32,000 nt of DNA from Nitratidesulfovibrio vulgaris str. Hildenborough (GTDB lineage Bacteria > Desulfobacterota > Desulfovibrionia > Desulfovibrionales > Desulfovibrionaceae): assembly GCF_000195755.1 (NCBI RefSeq), contig NC_002937.3, positions 2,130,001 to 2,162,000 of the forward strand, written 5' to 3'. Below, one piece after another: positions 8,236-16,191 of the stretch; position 1 is the first letter of the stretch, and the number at the start of each line of letters is the position of its first letter. The notes under the pieces are model-generated. The model ran no database searches. It saw only the letters and a list, made by a program, of their open reading frames with translations, and was not told where the DNA came from. The translations under genes and the position numbers were made by a program.

Positions 8236-11200
8236 ATGATCGAGAATCCGCAACTGCTTCAGATAAAGGCATCCGCCGGGTCGGGGAAGACATACACCCT
8301 CACCCGGCGGTTCCTCGAATTGCTAGGCACAGCCCAACAGGACGGTTCCACCGGCCCTGCCTGCACCCTCTCCGCCGATGGTCGGCATTGCTGGCCAGAG
8401 ATACTTGCCGCCACCTTCACCAACCGCGCCGCCACGGAGATGAAGGAACGGGTGGTGCGGCGACTCAAGGAGATGGCACTGCGAACCGGCGAGTCGCCCG
8501 AAGCCCCGTGGACGCCAGCCCTTGCGGACCGATGGGTGGGGACGATACTGCGACAGTACGGTGCGCTGAACATACGTACCATCGACAGCCTTCTCACCCT
8601 GCTGGTGCGTCTCTCGGCCCTCGACCTGCGCCTGCCGCCCGACTTCGAACCGGCCTTCGCAGGCCCGGACTTCTTCGAACCGCTTCTCGACGATGTGCTG
8701 GAAACGGCCCGCCACGACGACCCCGCCCTGCGCGACATGCTTCGCCGTGCCTGCGAGACCCTCATCCACCATACGGACCATAAGGGCTTCGCCACCGGCG
8801 AGAAGCTGCGGGCACGGCTTCTTGAGCTTCTGGAATGGCATCTTTGCAACGGCGACCTGCCGACGACGGATGCAGACGCGGTACGCGCTCGCCTTGTCAC
8901 GCTGCATGAACGGGCACGGCAGGGTGCGACGACCCTCACGCGCGTGACGGCCGACGAGAACCTCGCCGTGGCGGCGAACTTCCTGAAGTTCCTCGTCAAA
9001 GTCGAAGAATCGTCACCGTTCGCCAAAGTCCCCGAATCGGCCTATCTCCATAAGACGAACCTCGACGAGTGCCTCAACAAGGCTTCGCGCGGCAACGCCT
9101 CCGCACAAGCGGAGAGTGCCTTCTCGGCGTTCATGGCCGCCCTCGCCGCCTTCCGCACACGCGGAAGGCTTCTGCAACGCGCCCTCGCCATCATGCCCCT
9201 TGTGGGCATTGCCGAAACGCTGGCCCGCAGGCTGCCCGACTATCAACTGCGCGAGGGAAAGGTCCCCGCGCAATTGCTGCCCCAGATGGCACGCCGGGTG
9301 CTCGATGGCGAATACGGGGTCTCCGAGGCGTTCTGCCGCATGGGCACACGGCTGGCGCACATCCTCGTCGACGAATTCCAGGATACCAGCAAGGACCAGT
9401 GGGCAGCCATCCAGCCCCTTGCCGTCGAGTGCCTGTCGCGCGGGGGCAGTCTCACATGGGTAGGAGACGTCAAACAGGCCATCTACGGCTGGCGCGGTGG
9501 AGATTCCGCCCTGTTCGACGCCGTCCTGCGGGATGGCGAACTTCTGGCCATCGCCGGAGACGGCATCTCCGGCACACTGCCGCGCAACTGGCGCAGCCGC
9601 CCCGAAATCGTCCACTTCAACAACGACGTCTTCGCCCTTCTGGGCGACGAAGCCCACGCTACGGCTGTGCTGCGCGCCATGCTGCCGGAGGGCACCCCGC
9701 CCGACGTCTTCAGTGAAGCCGTCGATGAGCTTGCGCGGGCCTTCACCGGGGCCGCGCAGGAGACGCCCCCCCGTGGGGACGACGAGACACAAGAAGAAGG
9801 CTTCGTGCGCCTCACGCACGTCGCGGCATTCGACAGTGAAGAACTCGATGCCGAGGTCAAGACGGCCCTTCGGTCGCTCTTCATGGGCGACCTCGCCCTC
9901 CGCCGCCGCTGGCGCGACGTGGCTGTGCTGGTGCGTACCAACGGAGAGGCGGGCCGCGTCGCCACGTGGCTCATGGAGTGGGACATCCCCGTCGTCACCG
10001 AGAACAGCCTGCGACTGGCCGACCATCCGCTGATTTCGCAGACTGTGGCGCTTCTGGGCTTTCTCGACTACCCGCGTGACGACCTCGCCTTCTGGGAATT
10101 CGCCGCAGGGCCCGAACTCCTGGGCGATGCAGCGGGGCTTGACGCCCCCGCCATGGACGACTGGCTGGCAGAGGGCGGGCGCGGCCCGCTGTTCACACGC
10201 TTTCGTGACGCCTTTCCCGCCGTCTGGCGGCGCTGGATAGCCCCGTTCTACAGCCGTGCCGGACTCATGAGCGTGTATGACACGGTACGCGAAGTCTACA
10301 CCCGCTTCCGGGTCTTCGACCGCTACCCGGAGGACGCCGGATTCCTCCGCCGTTTCCTCGAAGTCGTGCATGCCGCCGAAGGACAAGGCCTTGTCTCGCT
10401 TTCGACCTTTCTCGACTTCTGGAAACGCACCGGCGGGGACGAGAAGGTGCCCATGCCGGAAGGGATGGACGCCGTGCGCGTCATGACCATGCACAAGGCC
10501 AAGGGGCTGGAGTTTCCCGTGGTGGTCATCCCCTTCCACCATCAGGCGGACAGGGCCGACGACACTCCCGTCCGGATGGAAGTCGAAGGACTCGACCTGC
10601 TCGTGCCTCGCTGCCCGGAGATGGGAAAGCCCTACTACGAGGCCTTCGCAGCTTCGGTACGTGAGCAGCTGCACGTGCTCTATGTGGCATGGACGCGCCC
10701 CGTCGAAGAACTGCACGCCTTCATCACCGAAAGGAAGACAGGAAAGGGCAGGTCTGCCCTGCTTGAAGGGCTCAAGGTACTGCTCGGTCTTTGCGGCGTG
10801 CCCGAAACGTGGGGCACATGGGAACGGGGCACGATTCCGGCATCTGCCCTCGCCGACTCGGCGGCAGAGCCCGCGCCTGAACGGAGACCAGACCAGCCTG
10901 AATCGACGCCACATACCACGGCATCCCCGGCACGGGCTGATTCTGCCCCTGCGGACACCACCCCTGTCGTGCAGGAACCGGCAGTGCAAACGGTACCGCC
11001 CCCGCAACCTGCTGCGTCTGCCTGCGCTTCGGAGACCGCCCCGCAAGCCACAGGGCATGACACCCCGTCGCTCATGGTGGACGCTGCGGCATCCATCCCC
11101 GCCCCGGCATCGACACCGGATGACGACTGGCGCCCCATGCAATGGCTGCCCCGTCTGAAGATCTTCCGCAACCAGCTAGAAGAGTTCACCTTCACCGAAC

Positions 11201-11694
11201 GCAGGCGCGGCATGCTCGTCCATGCGTGTCTTGAGGCGCTGCACCCCACAGGCGCCCCGCGAGAGGACGCCGCCCGCGCCGTGCGCCATGGCATAAGGGC
11301 CTTTCCGTTGCCCGTCCCCGATGAGGACGCCGTGGCGGCGGAATTGACCACCATGCTGGAATGGTATGCCGCGCAGCCTGAAACGGCGCACTGGCTACGC
11401 CACGGCACGCCAGAACAGGGCATCCTCGACGCTCAGGGCAGGCTGCACCGCACCGACCTCTTTGTCGATGACGGCAACGTGCGCGTCGTCGTCGAATACA
11501 AGACCGGAGCCCCTTCGCCCGACCACATCGAGCAGGTGCACCGCTATCTCTCGCTGCTTCTGGATGCCGACCCCCGCCCCGTCCACGGCGTACTCGTCTA
11601 CCTCGACCGCCGCACAACGCAGCGCATCGACCCCGCCGAGTCCGGTGACACCAGCAACACCATCGCCCACCCCGCCGAGGCCCGCCGACCATGA
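8236..11694 (+). CDS. addA: AddA-type ATP-dependent helicase/nuclease (UvrD/Rep SF1 helicase plus C-terminal PD-(D/E)XK nuclease)
   Basis: Walker A ASAGSGKTYTL, motif II ILVDEFQDTS, and TMHKAKGLEFPVVVIPF. C-terminal nuclease signature DLFVDDGNVRVVVEYKTG...QVHRYLSLL. Its stop overlaps the next gene's ATG (ATGA at 11691-11694). Confidence 0.85.
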   Translation: MIENPQLLQIKASAGSGKTYTLTRRFLELLGTAQQDGSTGPACTLSADGRHCWPEILAATFTNRAATEMKERVVRRLKEMALRTGESPEAPWTPALADRWVGTILRQYGALNIRTIDSLLTLLVRLSALDLRLPPDFEPAFAGPDFFEPLLDDVLETARHDDPALRDMLRRACETLIHHTDHKGFATGEKLRARLLELLEWHLCNGDLPTTDADAVRARLVTLHERARQGATTLTRVTADENLAVAANFLKFLVKVEESSPFAKVPESAYLHKTNLDECLNKASRGNASAQAESAFSAFMAALAAFRTRGRLLQRALAIMPLVGIAETLARRLPDYQLREGKVPAQLLPQMARRVLDGEYGVSEAFCRMGTRLAHILVDEFQDTSKDQWAAIQPLAVECLSRGGSLTWVGDVKQAIYGWRGGDSALFDAVLRDGELLAIAGDGISGTLPRNWRSRPEIVHFNNDVFALLGDEAHATAVLRAMLPEGTPPDVFSEAVDELARAFTGAAQETPPRGDDETQEEGFVRLTHVAAFDSEELDAEVKTALRSLFMGDLALRRRWRDVAVLVRTNGEAGRVATWLMEWDIPVVTENSLRLADHPLISQTVALLGFLDYPRDDLAFWEFAAGPELLGDAAGLDAPAMDDWLAEGGRGPLFTRFRDAFPAVWRRWIAPFYSRAGLMSVYDTVREVYTRFRVFDRYPEDAGFLRRFLEVVHAAEGQGLVSLSTFLDFWKRTGGDEKVPMPEGMDAVRVMTMHKAKGLEFPVVVIPFHHQADRADDTPVRMEVEGLDLLVPRCPEMGKPYYEAFAASVREQLHVLYVAWTRPVEELHAFITERKTGKGRSALLEGLKVLLGLCGVPETWGTWERGTIPASALADSAAEPAPERRPDQPESTPHTTASPARADSAPADTTPVVQEPAVQTVPPPQPAASACASETAPQATGHDTPSLMVDAAASIPAPASTPDDDWRPMQWLPRLKIFRNQLEEFTFTERRRGMLVHACLEALHPTGAPREDAARAVRHGIRAFPLPVPDEDAVAAELTTMLEWYAAQPETAHWLRHGTPEQGILDAQGRLHRTDLFVDDGNVRVVVEYKTGAPSPDHIEQVHRYLSLLLDADPRPVHGVLVYLDRRTTQRIDPAESGDTSNTIAHPAEARRP

Positions 11695-14645
11695 CCCGAG
11701 CAAAGAACAGAGGGCATTCCGCCCGGCAGCCCTTCCATATCGTCCCGTGGGACTGCGACTTTCTCGAGGCGGTACTGCAGCTTGCCCTTCGCCTCACTCG
11801 CAACCGCCCCGGCGACGCGGTGCTCGTCTTCCCGCACGGACGCCCCCGCCGCCACCTCATCGACAGACTCCGCAACGCCCCCGGTGTTCCCAAGCCCTGC
11901 CTGCTGCCGCAGATGTACACGGTGCAGGAGTTGTTCACCCGCATCCGGGCCGAACGCGAACAGCGCCCGCCCCAGACCGTGGGACTGCTGGACAGGGTGG
12001 GGCTGCTGCTCGAATGCGTGACCGACCTCGCCTCTCCGGGCACACCGCTGTGCGAGGCCCTCACAGCGGGCGGGCAACGCCACTTCTTTCCGTGGGGGGC
12101 ACGCCTCTCGGCCCTTCTCGAAGACTGCTTCTCTCAGGGGCTGCGCCCCGACGACCTCACGCACATGGAAGGGCAGGTCGCCCCCTTCGCGGCATCATTG
12201 CTCGAGAACCTCGGGCGCATCCACGAACGCTACACCCTCGCCCTCATGGAACGGGGCTGGAGCACACCGGGCTTCGATGCCTTCCGTGCCGTGGACGGGC
12301 TCGAAGGAACCCCGTCATGTCTCGAAGGACGTACCGTCATCATCGCCGGATTCGCCGCGCTCAACGGTACCGAGGAACGACTGTTCGAGCATCTGTGGCG
12401 TCACTGCGGCGCCGACATATGCCTGCACACCGACGCAGCCGTGGCACGCATGGGGCAGGAACGCGTGCACTGGACGTGCGAGGATCATGTAAGGTGGCTC
12501 ACCTCATGGCGGGCAGAAGCCGAACTCCTGCACGCCCCCCGGGCCTTCAAGCCCCGCGTCTCCTTCTGCGAAGGATACGACCTGCATTCGCAGCTGCACG
12601 AACTCGGAACGCTGCTCCAGAACACCGAAGACCTCTCGTCCACGGCGGTGGTGTTGCCCGATACCGGGCTGCTCATGCCCGTACTGCACCACCTGCCCAC
12701 CAAGGCCGTCAATATCTCCATGGGCTACCCGCTGGTACGCTCCACCCTGTTCCGGCTTCTCGAAACGCTGATGCGCCTGCAGGAGACCCGCGGGTCCAAC
12801 GGGCTGTACCACTGGCGCGAGTGCATCGACCTCATCCGGCACCCGTACCTCAAGATGCTCGAAGTCGAAGGCACCCGCCCGCTGCCGGAGGTCTTCCACA
12901 TGGTGGAGGACAGGCTGAGGGGCGGCACACGCTTCGCCGACCTCGCAACCGTGATGGAAGAGGCGCTTGCCGAGACGGACGTGGCCCCCGGAACCCAGGA
13001 CCTGTGCCGCACACTTCTCGACCTCTGCCTCTCCCGATGGGAGAGGGCCTCAACCCCCGCTGCCCTCGCCGAAGCGGTGGGCTTTCTGTGCGCCGTGCTG
13101 CTGGAACGGGGCGGTGACCTCTGGGAACGCTTTCCCATCGATGCCGAATGCCTGTTCCGGCTCATGCAGCGCGTCATTCCCGCCCTGCGCGAAAGCGAAC
13201 TTGCCGCGACGGCGTTCCCGCAGGACGTGCTCTTCACCATCCTGCGCGAGACGGTACGCGCCGAAAGAGTGCCCTTCGAGGCCGACCCCATCGGTGGCCT
13301 TCAGGTACTGGGCATGCTCGAATCACGCCTGCTCACCTTCCGTCGTGTCATCGTGCTGGACGCCACCGACGACAGGCTGCCCGGTGCCCCCCCCAACGAC
13401 CCGTTGCTCCCTGACAGCCTCCGGCCGCAGGTGGGGTTGCCCGATGCCCGCAGGCGCGAACGCATCACGGCGCACAACTTCCACCGGCTTCTGGCAGGGG
13501 CCGAAGAGGTGAACCTGCTGTGGCAGGCGGGTGTTGAACGTTCCGGCCTGCTGGACGACAAGAAGGCCCGCAGCCGCTTCGTGGAGGAGATGCTCTGGCA
13601 CGAGGAACGTGCGGCAGGCAGGCTGTTCCGCCCCGGAGAGGGGCCCCTCGGCACAGTCACCTGCACCGTCCGGCCCTTCGAGAGCACACCACGGCATATC
13701 CTGAAGACCGACGCGGTGCGCGACGCCCTTGCACGGTTCTTCGAGCGTCCGGTCTCGCCTTCGCGCCTCGACGCCTATCTCACCTGTCCGTTCCGCTTCT
13801 ACCATGAGCACCTGTGCCGCCTTGCGCCGCCCGACGAGGTCATCGAGGGAGAAGACCCCGCCGCCGTCGGCACTCTGCTGCACGAAGCCCTCAACCGTTT
13901 CTATGCCCCGTGGCGTGGCATAGAGGTCACGCGAGACAGACTCGACCCCGAGATGCTCGAACGCCACTTCCGACAAAGCCTGCATGAAAGCGGCCTTGCC
14001 GACAGGTTCCCGGCAGACGCCCTCGCCATGCTCGAAACGGCAGGGCCGGAACGGTTGCGCCGCTTTCTCGCCCGTCAACCCGACCGTACCGTGGTGCTGC
14101 ACCTCGAAGAGGCGTTCACCGCCGACGTGGAGGTCGACGGCCGCACACGCCGCCTCGGGGGACGGCTGGACAGGGTGGACAGACGCGGCGAAGGGGCCGT
14201 GGTACTCGACTACAAGACCGGCAGCCTGCGCACCGTCCGCCCTGACGTGTGGGAAGACCACGGCCTGTGGGAACGTGTGCGGACATGGGAACCCGCCGCC
14301 GACAGGCCCCTGACCGGCCAAGATGAAGGGTCCCGCGAAGACCTGCTTGATGAACTGGCCCGCCGTATGCCCAGCGTACAGCTACCCTGCTACATCCACC
14401 TCTACGGACAGGCCACGGGTGAGGATGTGCACGACGCCGCATGGGTGGAATTGCGGGACAGCGGCGACGAACGTCCGCTCTTCGGCGACAGGTGCGACGA
14501 TGCTGTCCGGGACGAGGCCATCAGCCGTCACATCCCCGACCTGATGCGCTTCCTGCTGCGGCATATGGAGTTGGCACCCGCCTTCGTGCCCCGCCACGGC
14601 AGACATTGCGACTGGTGCTCCTGTCGAAAACTGTGTAGGGTCTGA
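11691..14645 (+). CDS. addB: AddB-type nuclease subunit (PD-(D/E)XK nuclease with Fe-S 'staple' cysteines)
   Basis: C-terminal GGRLDRVDRRGEGAVVLDYKTGS...QLPCYIHLY nuclease motifs. One Cys in TCPFRFYHEHLC plus a terminal CDWCSCRKLC (CxxCx5C), as in AddB. Translationally coupled to addA. I could not see a Walker A motif in the N-terminus. Confidence 0.8.
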   Translation: MTRAKNRGHSARQPFHIVPWDCDFLEAVLQLALRLTRNRPGDAVLVFPHGRPRRHLIDRLRNAPGVPKPCLLPQMYTVQELFTRIRAEREQRPPQTVGLLDRVGLLLECVTDLASPGTPLCEALTAGGQRHFFPWGARLSALLEDCFSQGLRPDDLTHMEGQVAPFAASLLENLGRIHERYTLALMERGWSTPGFDAFRAVDGLEGTPSCLEGRTVIIAGFAALNGTEERLFEHLWRHCGADICLHTDAAVARMGQERVHWTCEDHVRWLTSWRAEAELLHAPRAFKPRVSFCEGYDLHSQLHELGTLLQNTEDLSSTAVVLPDTGLLMPVLHHLPTKAVNISMGYPLVRSTLFRLLETLMRLQETRGSNGLYHWRECIDLIRHPYLKMLEVEGTRPLPEVFHMVEDRLRGGTRFADLATVMEEALAETDVAPGTQDLCRTLLDLCLSRWERASTPAALAEAVGFLCAVLLERGGDLWERFPIDAECLFRLMQRVIPALRESELAATAFPQDVLFTILRETVRAERVPFEADPIGGLQVLGMLESRLLTFRRVIVLDATDDRLPGAPPNDPLLPDSLRPQVGLPDARRRERITAHNFHRLLAGAEEVNLLWQAGVERSGLLDDKKARSRFVEEMLWHEERAAGRLFRPGEGPLGTVTCTVRPFESTPRHILKTDAVRDALARFFERPVSPSRLDAYLTCPFRFYHEHLCRLAPPDEVIEGEDPAAVGTLLHEALNRFYAPWRGIEVTRDRLDPEMLERHFRQSLHESGLADRFPADALAMLETAGPERLRRFLARQPDRTVVLHLEEAFTADVEVDGRTRRLGGRLDRVDRRGEGAVVLDYKTGSLRTVRPDVWEDHGLWERVRTWEPAADRPLTGQDEGSREDLLDELARRMPSVQLPCYIHLYGQATGEDVHDAAWVELRDSGDERPLFGDRCDDAVRDEAISRHIPDLMRFLLRHMELAPAFVPRHGRHCDWCSCRKLCRV

Positions 14646-14694
14646 CGCGAGGGATACAATGGGGCCGCCAACACCGACGGCACCCTTTCACGCA

Positions 14695-14728
14695 CCGGCC
14701 CTAGGGGAAATAGGGGTCGGTCTTCTGG
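14695..14728 (+). terminator. candidate terminator hairpin after addB
   Basis: CCGGCCCTA-GGGGAAA-TAGGG(G)TCGG forms a 9-bp stem with a 1-nt bulge, followed by TCTTCTGG. The T-tract is weak. Confidence 0.35.
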
Positions 14729-14756
14729 CATATCTGCCACACCGGAGGAATGAAGC

Positions 14757-15878
14757 ATGCCGTTTCCTACCTTGCAAATCGGCGACCTCGTCGCCAGGGT
14801 TCCCATCATTCAGGGAGGCATGGGAGTGGGCATTTCGCTCTCCCGCCTCGCGTCCGCCGTCGCCAATGAGGGCGGTATCGGCGTCATCGCCGGAGCGATG
14901 ATCGGCATGAAAGAGCCCGACGTCGCCAAGAATCCCATAGAAGCCAACCTGCGCGCACTGCGCCGCGAAATCGAAAAAGCCCACGAAGCCACCAAGGGCA
15001 TCGTGGGCGTCAACATCATGGTCGCGCTCACCACCTTCTCTGAGATGGTGCGCACCTCCATCGAAAGCCGTGCCGACATCATCTTCTCCGGAGCAGGACT
15101 GCCGCTCGACCTGCCCAGACATCTGCACGATGCTTGCGAACAGAAGAAGGAAGAGTTCCGCACCAAGCTGGTGCCCATCGTCTCTTCTGCACGAGCCGCA
15201 TCGGTCATCGCCAAGAAGTGGCTCAGCCGCTTCGACTATCTGCCCGATGCCTTCGTGGTCGAAGGGCCCAAGGCTGGCGGACATCTCGGCTTCAAGCCCG
15301 AAGAGATCGACGACCCCGGTCATTCGCTGGAGCATGTCGTACCCGAGGTCATCGAAGCCGTGAAGCCCTTCGAAGACGCCAAGGGACGTGCCGTGCCCGT
15401 CATCGCTGCCGGAGGCGTGTATTCCGGTGACGACATCCGTCGCTTCATCGAGATGGGCGCAGCAGGCGTGCAGATGGGCACACGTTTCGTCGCCACCCAC
15501 GAGTGCGACGCTGACGAACGCTTCAAGCAGGCGTATGTCGCGGCGCGCGAAGAGGATGTGACCATCATCAAGAGCCCGGTGGGCATGCCCGGTCGCGCCA
15601 TCGGCAACGGTTTCATCGAAGCCATGCGCGAAGGTGCCAAGAAGCCGTTCAAGTGCGTCTTCAAGTGCATCAGCACCTGCGAACAGGAGCAGACGCCCTA
15701 CTGCATCGCCGCTGCGCTGATCAACGCCATGAAGGGTAATCTGGAAAAGGGCTTCGCCTTCTCCGGTTCCAACGTCTTCCGCATCGACTCCATCCTCTCC
15801 GTGCGCGACCTCATCGGGTCGCTGCAACGCGAGTTCGAAGAGGCTGTGGCACGCAGAATGGTGCTGCAAGGTTCGTAA
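14757..15878 (+). CDS. NMO-family flavoprotein (nitronate monooxygenase / FabK-like enoyl-ACP reductase II)
   Basis: PIIQGGMGVGIS...NEGGIGVIAG...VVEGPKAGGHLG...PVIAAGGVYSGDD...GAAGVQMGTRFV is the typical FMN-binding TIM-barrel NMO/FabK pattern. GGAGG lies 8 nt upstream of the ATG. Confidence 0.85.
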   Translation: MPFPTLQIGDLVARVPIIQGGMGVGISLSRLASAVANEGGIGVIAGAMIGMKEPDVAKNPIEANLRALRREIEKAHEATKGIVGVNIMVALTTFSEMVRTSIESRADIIFSGAGLPLDLPRHLHDACEQKKEEFRTKLVPIVSSARAASVIAKKWLSRFDYLPDAFVVEGPKAGGHLGFKPEEIDDPGHSLEHVVPEVIEAVKPFEDAKGRAVPVIAAGGVYSGDDIRRFIEMGAAGVQMGTRFVATHECDADERFKQAYVAAREEDVTIIKSPVGMPGRAIGNGFIEAMREGAKKPFKCVFKCISTCEQEQTPYCIAAALINAMKGNLEKGFAFSGSNVFRIDSILSVRDLIGSLQREFEEAVARRMVLQGS

Positions 15879-15922
15879 GACCCGACATGTCCGGCCCTGT
15901 GGCTGGTCATTCCGAGAACATG

Positions 15923-15952
15923 AAGGCCGGGGAGACCCGGCCTTTTGCATTC
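15923..15952 (+). terminator. rho-independent terminator after the NMO/FabK-like gene
   Basis: AAGGCCGG-GGAGAC-CCGGCCTT followed by TTGCATTCAT. Confidence 0.7.
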
Positions 15953-16125
15953 ATCAAACCACAAGGGCTTATCGGTGAAACGACGCGAGGCAGGCGCGGC
16001 CCGCCATTCAGCTGCCACAGCGACTGCGGTACGGAAACGAGTCTGCCGGCACATCCACGAATCATACATCTGGGGCTGGAGACCGAAACCAGCAGGGGCG
16101 ATGCCCGGACTTCCACAGGTTTGAT

Positions 16126-16159
16126 GGCGAACAGGGCGAACAGGGCGAACAGGGCGAAC
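16126..16159. repeat. 9-bp perfect tandem repeat, about 3.8 copies (GGCGAACAG)
   Basis: GGCGAACAG at 16126, 16135 and 16144, plus a partial GGCGAAC at 16153. It lies in the intergenic DNA between the terminator at 15923-15952 and the xer stop at 16192. Confidence 0.9.
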
Positions 16160-16191
16160 TCTTCAGCCAGCGTACGAGGGATGACTGAAAC

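Noticed and set aside
9013-11142. 709-aa ORF on the minus strand, antisense to addA
   Set aside because: Arg/Gly/Pro/His-rich composition and no recognisable motif. It lies wholly inside a gene with strong helicase and nuclease motifs. This is a typical GC-rich shadow frame.
11366-13117. 583-aa plus-strand ORF in an alternative frame across the addA/addB junction
   Set aside because: Extremely Arg/Pro-rich. It conflicts with two motif-supported, translationally coupled CDSs.
8236-14645. UvrD-like helicase plus PD-(D/E)XK nuclease pair as a possible phage-defence module (Gabija/Hachiman-like)
   Set aside because: The sizes, the helicase plus C-terminal nuclease architecture, the AddB Fe-S cysteine staple and translational coupling all fit the housekeeping AddAB recombination-repair complex. 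There are no neighbouring defence or mobile genes.
14724-14740. TGGCAT...GCC upstream of the NMO/FabK-like gene as a sigma-54 -24/-12 promoter
   Set aside because: The GG to GC spacing is 7 nt instead of the required 10, and there is no TTGC -12 element. A similar near-miss at 22839-22852 on the minus strand (GG-N10-GC, but CCGC instead of TTGC) was also rejected.
14688-15950. 420-aa minus-strand ORF antisense to the NMO/FabK-like gene
   Set aside because: A shadow frame of a gene with clear FMN-barrel motifs. It runs through the terminator hairpin at 15923-15952.
16126-16159. Tandem repeat as a CRISPR array or degenerate array
   Set aside because: The unit is only 9 bp, there are no spacers, and there are fewer than 4 copies. 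No cas genes are in the window.
15953-16191. Possible tRNA or small protein gene in the 240-bp gap after the FabK-like terminator
   Set aside because: No T-loop (GGTTCGAATCC-like) or cloverleaf. The ORFs there (15887-16375 on the plus strand, 16062-16355 on the minus strand) lack start context and have repeat-derived or odd composition. An sRNA cannot be excluded without expression data.
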